A stretch of DNA of 64,000 bases from the human T2T-CHM13v2.0 reference genome, Homo sapiens: NCBI RefSeq assembly GCF_009914755.1, contig NC_060925.1. One strand, given 5' to 3'. Positions 12,855 through 29,110 of the stretch are shown one piece after another. The notes under the pieces were generated by a model. It had not been told where the DNA came from, ran no database searches, and saw nothing but the letters and a program-made list of their open reading frames with translations. Position numbers and translations under genes: made by a program. Positions within the stretch are counted from its first letter, which is position 1, and each line of letters opens with the position of its first letter.

Positions 12855-13103
12855 TTTTTTTTTTTTTTTTTTTTTTTGAGACAGGGTCTTGCTCTGGGCT
12901 CAAGCAATTCTCCCACCTCAGCCTCCCATGCAGCTATGACTACAGGGGTGCACCACAACACCTGGCTAATTTTTTTTTTTTTTTTTGAGACTAGGTCTCA
13001 CCATCTTGCCCCAGGTGGGTCTAGAACTCCTGAACTCAAGCGACCCTCCCACCTCAGCCTCCCAAAGTGCTGAGACTACAGGCAAGGGCCACCATACACA
13101 GTT
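12855..13103 (-). mobile_element. Alu (AluJ-like, internal deletion)
   Basis: Poly(T), two arms. Confidence 0.9.
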
Positions 13104-13314
13104 TAAGAATATTTTTTGGATTTTCACAGCTGTCAGGAAAGCTTTAGAAAGAAAAGATGGGTGTTAAAAGTTAAGACACAGCTTAAGACAGAAGCATTGT
13201 AAAACAGGAACAAATACTGGCTTAAACCTGATGTCTCTAACTATATTCCTCTATTTTAAGAATGTTTTAGTATCTGATAGTTTCATCAGCCTTTCCATTT
13301 TCCAATATGTGACC

Positions 13315-13320
13315 TTTATT
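13315..13320 (-). terminator. Candidate proximal PIGM poly(A) signal AATAAA
   Basis: tttatt on +, ~225 nt after the stop codon. Confidence 0.45.
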
Positions 13321-13544
13321 CCCACCATGTCCCAAATAAACGAGTCCTAGGATTTCCTAGAAGGTGGACCTCAATTATTGTGTCCCTTTTATATATAAGG
13401 CAAACATTGCTTTTAAGTTCTGTTGGAACATGGGAACTTTCACTAGAATGCTTAGAATGTTCAGAAAAAATGTCCCAAAGCTCTCTTCTGGTCCATACAA
13501 GACAATCAGAATGTAACACAGTAGCAGAGGGTGTGGAACATACA

Positions 13545-15400
<1,856 letters not shown>

Positions 15401-16789
15401 ACAGGACAGGATGAGTTGAAGGGGGCTGAGTGTGTATGTTCCATGCAATATTGGAGGCATACTTATATTTTTAAATTACTAGTTGGTAATCAGAGATTCA
15501 GATTTAAGTGGGCAGCTTGTATTTTATCCGGCAACCCTAGGTGAAGGTGATGGGAAAGAAGACAGGAAAGCGTCACAAAATTCCTTAACTTGTCAGCCCC
15601 TTATGCCTCAGTATCTCTGTATTTGCTATTTCTTCTGTCAAAGTTGCCATCCGCTCTCCAATCACTCTGGCAAATACCTACTCAACCCTTCAGGCATCAG
15701 TGCAAGTGTTAGCTCCCAGCTCCCACTCACTTCCTCATCACGCAGAATGAATGACTTAGATGCCAGTCCCCTCCCCTGTCCGAGGATAGGTAGACTGGGG
15801 CGGACGGGATCTAAGTTCCAGAAAATCACTCACACAGAAGACCCTGCCATGCTACTAAAAGTTCTCCCAGTGCTCCAGAACTCCCTGGTCATTCCTTTGT
15901 TACAGCATTTGTCACACTGCTTTGTAATAACTGTTTTTGTTTGTTTTGCTCTCCTAGTTTTCCATCAGGACACTTTCAATTCTTCGGTATCAGAGATTAT
16001 CTTGTTCTTTTCTCTACCTCAACATCTAACACAGTACTAGTAGCCATTCAGTAAAGTTGAATTGATTTTAGAGGTTCCTCCTACCAGAATATTTCTAGAG
16101 TGGCATCTTTGGATTGCTCCCAACTCCCAGTTATTTTCCCTTTTAAATATCCTTTATGTATGTCAAGGTCCCCTGCTCCCCCCACCCCACTCCAACCCTA
16201 CTTCCATGAATTTCTTGCCAAGGACTGTAACCCATTAGCTCTTCCCTTTCCGTGGTTACTTAGTGCACTTACATAGTCCGCATTGTAGAATTTGATACTT
16301 TATTTTAGATTGTATTCATAGCCCTCACAAGAGATTATAGGGTTCTTGGGGGTAGAAATTATATCTTATCCTTAATTTTTTTCAATTATGTGTAATTTAT
16401 TGTAGTCTTAGGCACATGGTAAATGCTTAGTAAATACTGACTAATTGGATTTTATAGAATAAGCCTGCTTCCTAGGGGAAGTCTTCTAGACTAGAATAAG
16501 GAAAAGGAGGTGACTTCATGCAGTCTGAACATGCAGCTCCCAGAACTACCTGCTGCTCATCCATCCTACACTTCACATTTATCCCTTGGAGATGAACTGT
16601 GTTAATCTTATATATTCCATATTCATATTGTGATAGCTCTATGTCCTTTTATATGCCTTGGTATCATTACATGCCTTAGATTGATAATTCTAACCATTTT
16701 TTTGCAGTATATTAGCCATATATATAGTGGCAGCACATCACCACTCATATAATGATGATTATGATGATGATGATTACTATTATTTATAA

Positions 16790-17000
16790 TAGCTGGATTT
16801 GTTGAGGACTCATTTGCAATGTACCAGGCATTATGCTAAGTACTTTTCATGTAAGGTAGATATTCCCACCTTTACAAATGAAGAAAACCAAGGCTTATGG
16901 AGATTAAGTAATTTTCCCAAGTCACATAGCTAACTAGTGGCAGTGCTAGAACTCAAAACCCAGTCTGTCTGACCTAGAATATCTTAATCATTATGTGGCT
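16790..17000 (-). mobile_element. MIR
   Basis: ttacaaatgaagaaaaccaaggctta...aagtcacatagctaactagtggcag. Confidence 0.65.
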
Positions 17001-19159
17001 GACTTGCCAATAAAATGTTGATCACAAATTCTAATTTTCCTATGTTTTCTCTTATTGATCTCTCATCTGGATATTCTGGATATTCTCTCTCACTGTGACT
17101 CTTTCTACCTCTGATTTATTCTTTTCTTCTGCAAATAATAGATAAGTGAGGCTTAGTTCCCTAAGATAGAAAATATGGGAGGTAGGTGTCTGAGGATTAA
17201 CTAAGTAAGGGTCCTTGTGGCTGGATTGGTTTCAGTAGTATAGCAGAAAGGTTTCAGTCAATCTGTCCCTACATGGCTGTCCTAGTAGAGAGATGGGAGG
17301 CACCAAATTTAGGCAGATAAGGAAACAACTAATAAAAAAATAAAATAAAAAAAAAACTAAGCATGTCACTGAAGTCAAAGGAGTGAGATGTAGATAGCAG
17401 TTGTGGGAACGAAGAAGAGACTGGAATCTGTAAAACAAATTGGACAGAGAGGTCCAACTTTAGTTACTATTTCTGGGTGGAAGAGATACATCACAGGGTC
17501 CGAGGACCCCATATTGAACTTTTTGCATTGGGTTTAGGGATTGTATTTTCTCACCTCTTTCTGAAAGAGTTACATTTTTTTCAAATGCTCAACTGTTCAT
17601 TACCTCTCGGACTGTTACTTACAATCCTTCTTAATTCCCCCTTTCACTATCTGCTCCTAGATTTCTATCCTTTTAGAGCCAATGACTAAGGAAAGCACAA
17701 ACATGGATCGCTCAACTTTAGTTTCCCTAGCAGGAACCTTGTCCTTGTTCACTATGCTGCATATACTCTCATTACCCTTCCATATCCACTATTCATCTTT
17801 TTTGCCCTGTTCTGTGTTCCAAGAGGTTAGGCTGTATGGGTAGCATCACTCAATCTCCCTTGTTCTCTGGCTTCCCATTAGAATAGACCAGTGGGAGGCA
17901 CTAGCAGATCTTTGGCAGTGTCTGGAATTCCTCACCTAAAGCCATGGCTCCTGTTGAAGCTATAGCTCTCTCCTTTGGGTACAAGTCTCATGGTTCCAGT
18001 AACTGTCCCTTCAGGTTTAAGGCTGGTAAAGGCGTCCTACTTTGCGAGTGCCTGGGTACATCACCATATCTTGTTGATTTATTAAACTTGCCCATACCTT
18101 TGCAAATAATTTCTTCATTAAAACATGTCCACTGGCCCTTTGAGTATACCATCTGTTTCCTGCTAGAACCTTGACTACTTTAATCACTTTCTTTTTCACT
18201 AGATTTTGTTCATATGTCTTGCTTTGTCATTTCTTTGGAATCTATTTCTAATTCTTTCCATGCCCAGCATCCTGCACCTTAGTTCAGACCTTCAACAACT
18301 CAAATAATACGTAGCGAACACCTATACTATACTATACCAGGATCTGTGACAATTGCCTTTCCCTCAAGCTTTAAAAATCTCTTAACTGATTTAATGTCTT
18401 ATGTCTCAATTCTACTACCAGATTGATATTAATTAATAGTACTTTACTTAGATTCTTTCCTCCATCAAACATCTTCAGTGGTTCCTGACTGCCTAAAGAA
18501 AAAAATAATGAACACTTTAGCCTGATATTCAGTCCCCCTATTTTCTGGCTTTACCTTAGCTTTCCATCCTATTCACCTATAATGCCTCTGTTTTAGGTTT
18601 ACTGTTCCCAAAATATGCCTTGTGCTTTCTTCTCATGACACTTTCTTCATGCTGTACTTCCTACAAAGAGACCTGTTTCTCTTTACTTACTTAAATGCTA
18701 TTTGGTTTTTCAATGTTGAACCCAACTCTCAACTCCTCTTCCTAGACCTTAACAAGTGAAATAGTCTCTCCCTCCTCAAAACAGTGATGTTTATTGTCTG
18801 TTCTCTTTTTTAATAGTAATTATGTCATGCTCGTTATCTAACTCTTTTATAGTTATTTAACAAGATATACAAGCTCCACTGCATACTTTAGGCCATTTCT
18901 TTCTCTCTTTGCTTTCTTTCCCTCCTGCTAATTTATCAAACATCATACATGTCGGGCACTATATGAGGTGCTGGGCTGTACTCGTGACCAAACACTTGAC
19001 ATGAATCCCATTCATGTGACACTTGAAGTCTAGTAAGCTACACAGACATTAGTCAAATAAATTGACAAATAATATACAAATGCAGCTGTGGTAAGTGCTC
19101 TAGCTTTTAAGGGGATTTATTTGATCTCACATGGGCATAGTGTAAGAGTTAAGAAGGTT

Positions 19160-19549
<390 letters not shown>

Positions 19550-20566
19550 TCATGTCTTATATTTCTTTGTCAGCTGAATGATACCTTCCACATAATAGGG
19601 ACTCAGCGTTTGCTGATTTTTCTTGAACCTTAATGTATTCTAACCAAACATGTTAGATTGATACCATCCCTTGCCTAGTTCCTGTCCCTGTGAAATGTTT
19701 CCCACAGAGATCTCACTCTTTTTGGAACATTCTGCTAATGTTATATCTGGCATTAGTACATGGTACCTGCTATTGCTTTTCATTATATTTGTTATATGCT
19801 ACTTGTTTTATTTCTGTTTTCTAACAAGTTTATAGGTTTCTTCAACCTTTTAGGCCTTTTAGGAACAATACATGTCCTATATCTTATATGTCTCATATGT
19901 CTTAGGATTCATTCCTAGTATTTCCTAAATGTTGTACTTAAGTATTTATTGATCATGGTAAGAGACCCAATTTTCTCCCTCCTCCTCTCTCTCTCCTTCC
20001 ACTTCTGGGGAACAAGAGTCAGTGATCATAGGGTCTTTTGCCTCTCATCAGAGAAAATTCAGGCCTGGATATTAACAACCAGACCTTTCTCAGGCTGCTG
20101 ACAGACAAGGGTAGAAGAGAAATCCATTTATTTGAGATTTGAGGGAAGAAATGCCTGGTGATTAAAGGAATAAGCTTACAAAGAACCTTGAGGATATATA
20201 AGGAAAACTGGCAACAAGACTACATGGTAGCATGGAAGGGAAATTGGGCTTGTGATCACTGGCCAAAAGGGACAATGCCCAGGATCCAAAGCAACTTGAC
20301 TTTTATGGATTAAGCTGAGCCAATTTTCATACTTCTGGGTCTTAAAGTTTTTTTCAGTATTGTCCCATGAAAACCGAATGTGAAAGGAACTCGCTAAAGC
20401 ATGAGAGAAAAACAGAAGGGGCTTGGCCATGCAGTCAGAAGTTCTTCCAGCACAGCCGAATTCAACCCTCCACACTCATGGGTAGGTAGGTCTATGAGTT
20501 CAGACCTTGACAGTCTTGGTTTAGCTTTTTAAAAGAAGCTAGAGTGACAACCAAAGAGTCATCCAT

Positions 20567-20572
20567 TTTATT
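20567..20572 (-). terminator. Likely main KCNJ10 poly(A) signal AATAAA (3' UTR ~3.9 kb)
   Basis: tttatt on +; end of the largely repeat-free 3' UTR. Confidence 0.65.
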
Positions 20573-21961
20573 TAGTAGCTTATTTTTAACAGACAAAAAC
20601 AAAACAAATCTTACACACCTTTTTTTTCCTAGATAAATTTGACCTGGTTTAGTCTTTAGTGCAATGAATGGAAAAAACATCCCTAAATACTTCTGCATCA
20701 GTAGAGTTGGCCATTACTGAGCCTGGAGACCCATGCTAACTTTCCAGCAAAGGTAGTGTGTTACTGTACAAGTGAACTAGGTTAGCTAGCAAGAATAAAG
20801 GACCAGGGCAGCAGCCATGGAGAGGGCACAGTGTCCTGGACTTGTAGCAATAGTATAACTGGCTTTCTTTCTCTGCTCAGACCTTATAGGGAAACTACTG
20901 GATGATTTTATTAGGCTGACAGGGGTTGGGGGAATAATGGGGTGAAGCACATTGCAGAGATTTCGGAAGCCTCTCATGGAACTTCACCATCCCCTAGAGC
21001 AGCTGGTAACCCCACTCCTCATTTTCATTCAGAAGCATCAAAACCAAAGCATCACCCTCCATGCCCAAATGCCAGGATTGGAACTCTTCTGGAATCCATG
21101 GCTTTCTCTTTGGGCTGCTTGCAGCCACACAAAAGGCTGGGCCTTGACCTTGGGAGATCTTCAGCCTAACAGCTATTAGTCCTGGCATTTGGATTCCAGG
21201 GTTGAGGCTTCCCATTAGTGCCTCCCATACACCAAAGTGTTCAGCTCCTGAGTTTGATTTCAGGGGCTAGAGCAATAGCAGCTCCCACCCCTGTGGAAGA
21301 CGGAAATACAGTGTACTTCATGAAAGGGAAACAAAATGGTGCTTTATTTTATTTTATTTATTTTAAAAAGGCGCTACAGTGGCAGGACGCTGCTGGGGAT
21401 GGGGACACACAGTGTAAGTGGTAGATTTTCCAAGACTTCCCCTCCCTATTGTCCTCCGAGTTCCTCTCTTCCTGGTCCTATCAGTAGCATAGGATTCAAC
21501 AAAAGCCTTCATGAATGCCTCTTTATTTCTGAAAAGGAACTTCTACCCCTCCCTTTCCCATTTCCAGACTTGAAATCCTTCATCAGCTATCTCACTTCCA
21601 TGTTGAAACCAGGACCACTGATTGTAAGTCTGAAAATCTGGGTGTCCTACCCCATAACCAGGCCAAGATATCTGCCCCCAATGCTAAAGTCTCTGAATAT
21701 TTCCTTTCTGTACATTCAATATATTTGGGCATATATACATCTATATACATCTTTCTATATATATATTATCTCTGTTTCTTTCTTCTTAGATAAACCTTTC
21801 ATATATGTCATATCCTAATTTCCCAAGCCTCCCCACTTCTTGTTTGCGAGCCTAAGCAAGACTCAAGAGTTTCATTGATTTCACTAGGTCCCTCAGCATC
21901 ATTTCTTTCTCATCTTCTCACCCCAGGTATCTTCCCCCATCAGTTGTTTCGCCCGTCTTCT

Positions 21962-22022
21962 GAAATCTCCCCTTTTTACACCTGTGCCTACCGAAATCTC
22001 CCCTTTTTACAACTGTGCCTAC
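21962..22022. repeat. 31-bp tandem duplication in KCNJ10 3' UTR
   Basis: gaaatctcccctttttaca(c/a)ctgtgcctac x2. Confidence 0.9.
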
Positions 22023-22450
22023 TACTCTGCTGATATTCCAAGTCCACAGTTGGTATGGGGGCCCATTTCTCACCAGACCTGGCTGCTTCTAAAGCTCGGC
22101 CTATTGCCTAAAAGAGGATTTCAGGTCAGAGGAGACAGACTATAGTCTAAAGAACCATTTAGAGTTAAGGTAGGGGGTAGTTGTTCCCTGTAGGGGGCTT
22201 GTGGGAGAAGATGCCAGATCGCATTAATAGGACAGTGTGATTTAAAGTGCAACTTAAAGCAAAGCCTGGGTAATAATGGAGGAGATTCCAAAAGGGTAAG
22301 TCAGAAAATGTTTTCTTCTCACTGTTTCATCCAAGAGTCTAGAGGCTTGAGTCTGGGGGCTTAGAATAGACAGCAGGGGAATGGGAAGAAAGCATAGCAT
22401 GGCCAAATCAACCAGATGGAGGTTAACTTGCCAATGGATAGGAAGGTATA

Positions 22451-22451
<1 letters not shown>

Positions 22452-22494
<43 letters not shown>
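22452..22494. repeat. (AC)~21 microsatellite in KCNJ10 3' UTR
   Basis: Direct observation. Confidence 0.97.
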
Positions 22495-22495
<1 letters not shown>

Positions 22496-24462
22496 CAGTA
22501 CATCTTGTCCCTACACACTGAAAGAAATAAGGTAAGTCTAATGTTGAATAAAGTTGAGAACGCAGAAGCTGGCTCTTGGCCTTCTGTTCTCTGTTTCAGA
22601 TTTTTCAAGTTTTTGTGGTTCTTGTTTTTATGCCAACTAGAAGGTAATGGTGGGGTTTACTGTAGATGGACACCGAAGGGTCTTTGTTTTCAAGATATCG
22701 TTAGTTGAGTTCGAGGAGAGATCAATATAACAAGACCTTGTGCAATTATAGTTGGTGGTGATCATGGGTCTAGCCTCAAAATTTTGTGTTTCTCTGCAAG
22801 GCTCTGTACATAGATGCATGTATATATTCTGTAGCTTGTAACAATTGGCTGAGACCACCTTAAACTGCAACTTGACTTATAGTGGGACTATGCAGTACCA
22901 CTATGTGAGGCTTCCTTGGTACCAAAGTGAGACCAGAAAGCACTCTAGGGATTTGGGGCTTTGGATAAAGCTCTGGTGCCTATATGCCCTTCCCTGACCC
23001 TTACCACAGACCCCACCAGGGAACAAGGAATAGGCTGAGTTTGATCTCTTAAAGTCTACTTTTTAACTTGTCTGAAAATGGCCTCATGGCAGAGGAGAGT
23101 AGAGATGACACTGATTTCTTCATTTTATACCAAGTCTCAGGAATGGCTGAGGGAAGCCATGGTTATTTGATCAGAAGGTATAATTTCATTTCCTTCCAGC
23201 ATTGCCTAATGAAATAGCTGGCACTTTTCAGAAGGGCACTGGGAGGTGTAACTGAGAATAGTGGCTGCCAGCCACAGAGTTCTGCTCCTGCCCAAACCTT
23301 AACAAAGCATCACCAATTCTCAGAGGCTCTGTACAGCAGTTTGGAAATCTGAGAATTTACCCATCCCTCATGGTGGGATTGTGTTAACTTTCTGGGGAAT
23401 CTGTGCCCTGTGAATCTAGTTTTACTTGAGCATCCGTGTTAAGAGAGGAAGGCCCTTGCATTTTCCCTCCCTTCTCCCAAAGAGTTGGGGTTAAGGAAGA
23501 AGGATCTAGGCTGAGCAGGAAAGGAAGAAGAGAAGCCAGGTACAGTGTAATCTGGAATATTATTTTCAGACCTTTCCATGGGGCCTGGGTACTGGACTCT
23601 TTTCAAAGGAACATATTGGCTTGGGTCCTTCCATTCACAGGACACAGGGAAACAGATCTTCTCTGGGCTGCCTGGAAGATAGGTTTAAAGGTTTAGATAA
23701 CAACTTGTGTTAGTCACTCCAAATTGAAGAGTTCAGAATCCAGGATAGATATGGGTGGTTATATGTTTATGTTTCTTGGGCCAACTCCAATTCTCTGAGA
23801 ACAGAGGCTATGAGGGAACTGGGTATCCTGAGAGTGTTCACTTGAGAAACTACAGAGGGAAAACAGTGGCGACCATGGTTCTAGCTTATGGTCAGAAGTC
23901 ACCAGCAGAAATCAAGCTTCACAGTGGCAAACCCTGGCTTCTTTCAACAGAGATTGGTAGAAACCCTAGGATATGTTGATATCAGATTCCTGTATTTCTG
24001 AAAGCACAGACCACAAAGTGACCATCAGAGAGAGTCTTGCCTTTGGGAACTTGCTAGATGGAAAGGTAACAGAGGGAGCTCCAGCCTCAAGTCACCAAAC
24101 TTCATGGTGGTGGTGGGAGGTAGGGGGCAGTCTATCCTTCCAACCACATGGTCCTCCTAATGTGAGTATCCAAGCATGGCTGAGGCCTTCTAAGCCACTT
24201 CAGCCTAATCCCACTCTTTCCCCCATCCTGGCTTAAGGGAGGTATGTGTATTGGGGCAGAAGCTGGGGAAGTGGAAAGGGGACAGTGGGAGGCGAACCTG
24301 GACTCCAGTTGGCCTAAGCTACCAACAGGCCACTGGGTTAAAGAAGAGGGAGTGGAGGATGGGTGCTTCGGGGGATCTCCAGTAAACCCGGGTAGTATTC
24401 CTTACCAGGGCATTGGAAGAGAGGAAAAGAGACCAGAGGAATGGGGGAGTGGGAACAGGTCA

Positions 24463-25662
<1,200 letters not shown>

Positions 25663-25768
25663 TCACCCCATGGGAGGGAGGAATTGACATTCATTTGAAT
25701 GTCGCTTATGTGTTCTTGTCTTACCAAATATTTATTGAGCACTTGCTATGTGCCAGGCACTGTGCAGG

Positions 25769-26071
<303 letters not shown>

Positions 26072-26339
26072 TCACAGCCTAGTGAGAAAGATGCCTATTT
26101 AGTAAGCAAATAATTGCAACACAGTCTGATATTTGTAATTCTTAGCGGAAGAGAGGCAGAAAAGAAAGAGTAGTAGCTTCACATTCCTTGAAGGTGAGGG
26201 TGAGACTAATGAGAGCCTTCACCACAAAACCAGTCCTCCGAAGAGCTCTAATTTTGAAATAGGATCCATCCCCACCCTTATGAATGGCTATGAAGCAAGA
26301 CAAGCTATCCTGTTGAAATCCTTCCAGGCCAATCCCCCT

Positions 26340-26341
<2 letters not shown>

Positions 26342-26389
<48 letters not shown>
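26342..26389. repeat. (AC)24 microsatellite
   Basis: Direct observation. Confidence 0.97.
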
Positions 26390-26393
<4 letters not shown>

Positions 26394-27599
26394 AATTTCT
26401 TCATTCTCTGCTCTACCCCCAAGCCAATACCCACTGGTGATACTAAGATACTCATCTGGTTCAGAGAATAGCAGAAACTACCCATTCTTTTACCCTTCAA
26501 GATGCTCCCTAAGCACCCAGACCATTTCATTTTTTATCATCATCATCATCATCTGTTTGCATCATCTGGGGAAATTTGGTCTGAGTTAGAGTCTAGGGCA
26601 GTGTTAGGAAGAGTACAGATGGGACTTGAACAAAAAGAAATAAGCAGTGGTGGAGGAGAAACAACATGTTAAAACTTCCTGGAAGCACTGGGACATTTTC
26701 TGAAGGACTGGCAGAAATGCCAGATTGTGGGTGGCAAAATTGTTTTGACGGAATGAAGTAGAAGAGCTAGGGGTGTATATTAACTAGCAGCTATGTCTGC
26801 ACAGGCTCAAATTCAGTATTGCTATTTGTTCTGATAGCAGAAAGTGGGGCAAGCCACTGAAATAGGAGACAATTCACTTAATACAAGGTGCCTGGCACCC
26901 TTGCCCAAGCAGTAACTTGTACTTTTCCAGCACAGAAAGAATTTTAATCACTTGAGCCCTTGGACCCTGGATCTGATAGCCAGATCTTCTGTGGAGCAGG
27001 GTGATCTCTGGGGAGTTTAGCCCTTCTTGGAGAGGCTCATTACATTCTCCATTCGAAAAAGTCTGAACCATTGCATTTTATGATTCTTCACACTGCCCAC
27101 CCCACCCCCCATCTCTATTTTCCCCATGGCCTTGTCCCTGGAAAACTTCAAATCTTTTGGGCCTGACCATATGCCCAACCAGGTAGGCACTGAATTGGAG
27201 ATCACCAATGGATGAGAACCCTGAGAATGTTCAGAGGCAACAAGGATGCCCAATTTACCAGCCCTGTGTCACAGGCCATTTGGAACTTCCGTTCATGCAA
27301 GACTGTTCAACCAGACCTGGATGTCATTCACTCCCCTATATCCTTGGCTGCTTTGGAACAAAAAGGAAGCTCTGCAACTCTGAAGTTTGAAGAATTTGTA
27401 TTTCAAGCCTAAACAAAGCCCTATTTAGTACTCAGTAGTAGTAATAATAACATAACAACCATACTGCCTGTATCTATATACCATTTTAGAATTCACACAT
27501 TAGAATACCTTCTCATTTGATCCTCAAACTCTTGAAAAAAAAGATGTAAACTCCTATAAGATTTTGAGGAATGAGAACAGAAGAAGTGCTGTAAAATTA

Positions 27600-29110
27600 G
27601 AGATGAATGAACATAGTTTTAATTTTCAAAAAGAAAAATGAAGTACCTTTCACAAACTACAAACAGGTAAGATATTGATCCTAGGCAAGATTCTAGAATG
27701 GAATATTAAGATTACGAGTACTTAGGTAGGATGGGGGAAAGGAAGTTATCAATAGGACCCAGTGTGGATTTACTAAGAACAAGTCACATCAAAATGGCCT
27801 AATTTTGGCTGAGTGTGGTGGCTCATACCTGTATCCCAGCACTTTGGGAGGCTGAGGCAGGAGGATCACTTGAGATCAGAAGTTCAAAACCATCCTGGGA
27901 AACAGCAAGACACCATATCAGCAAAAATTTTTAAAAATTAGCTGGATATGGTAGCACACACCTGTACTCCCAGCTACTTGGAGGCTGAGGCAGGAGGATC
28001 ACTTGAGCTCAGGAGTTGGAGGCTGCAGAGAGCTATAATCATGCCACTGCACTGCAGCCTGGGCAACAGAATGAGACCCTGTCTCAAAAACAATAATAAC
28101 CTAATTTTCTTTTATGATAAGGCTACTAAATTGACAAATCGAAGAAGTGCAACAGAGAACGTGTACCTAAACTTCAGGAGATTTTTGACAAGATCTCTCA
28201 TTATGACCTGGGGATAAGATAAAGAAAAATGAAGAGAATGCTAATCTAATTCGGTGACTTTAAAAATCAGTGGTACTGGTGAGGGGACCATGATAGCCTG
28301 GAATTCATTTTCTATTGATACACCAGAGAGCTTCATCTTTGGCCTTGCCCTATTCAATTTTCTTAACATGAACTTCATTCAAAACTATAGAATGCTATGG
28401 CCATCAATTGTGTGCCTGACAGAAAGCTGGGACAGATAGCAAATGCAAGAGCTGGGGCAGAATTAGGATCCAAAAGGAGTCAAATAAGTAGGCCAAGTCT
28501 AACAAAAATGTTAAGTGCTGGATTATGTACTTGGGTCCAAAAATTACCTGAGCAAGTTCTGGATTGAGAAGATGTGATTTAGCAAAGCAGTACAATATAA
28601 AAAAATTAAACATATTAGCAGAAAATAATCCAATATGAGTTATTCATGTGTTTTGATTGCCAAAAAAGCAAACTAATCTTAAGCTCCTTCAGTTGAACTG
28701 AAGTCCCTAGAACAAAAAAGTAGTTGATTCTACTCTGCTCTGTTCATCCCACACCTGCAGTATCCAGCATCAAGGAACACTCAGGATATGAGAGGATTCA
28801 GAACCAGACCACATGAGAAATGATTGAAGGAAATAGGGAAGTTGATTCAGGAGAAGAGACAATCAGAAAGATATAATGAATGTGTGCAAATATTTGGTTT
28901 GAAGGACTATCACGTGATCAAAGGCTTGGACTTGTCCTTTGAGCTCCAAGAGGAACAATCAGGGAGTTCATACTGCAGGGATAAAGATTGCAAGTTGATA
29001 TTATAAAGAGCATTGTAACAATCAGGAAGGCACTTTGGACAAGCACTTTGCAGAGATCCTATGGCGGAGATAAAAGCTTTGGATGGGAGATTGAAAGACT
29101 GTCTTGAAGA
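27600..29110 (+). mobile_element. L3/CR1 LINE relic interrupted by an Alu
   Basis: RT-region text (cagtgtggatttactaagaacaagtcac..., ttggccttgccctattcaatttt...) typical of CR1/L3. Confidence 0.65.
27807..28095 (+). mobile_element. Alu (AluJ-like)
   Basis: Full dimer; TSD cctaatttt. Confidence 0.93.

Noticed and set aside
15483-16040. 185-aa ORF divergent from the PIGM promoter
   Set aside because: Non-ATG start; runs through L2-like decayed repeat sequence
21336-21818. 160-aa + strand ORF
   Set aside because: Antisense to the KCNJ10 3' UTR, low-complexity composition, no homology recognised
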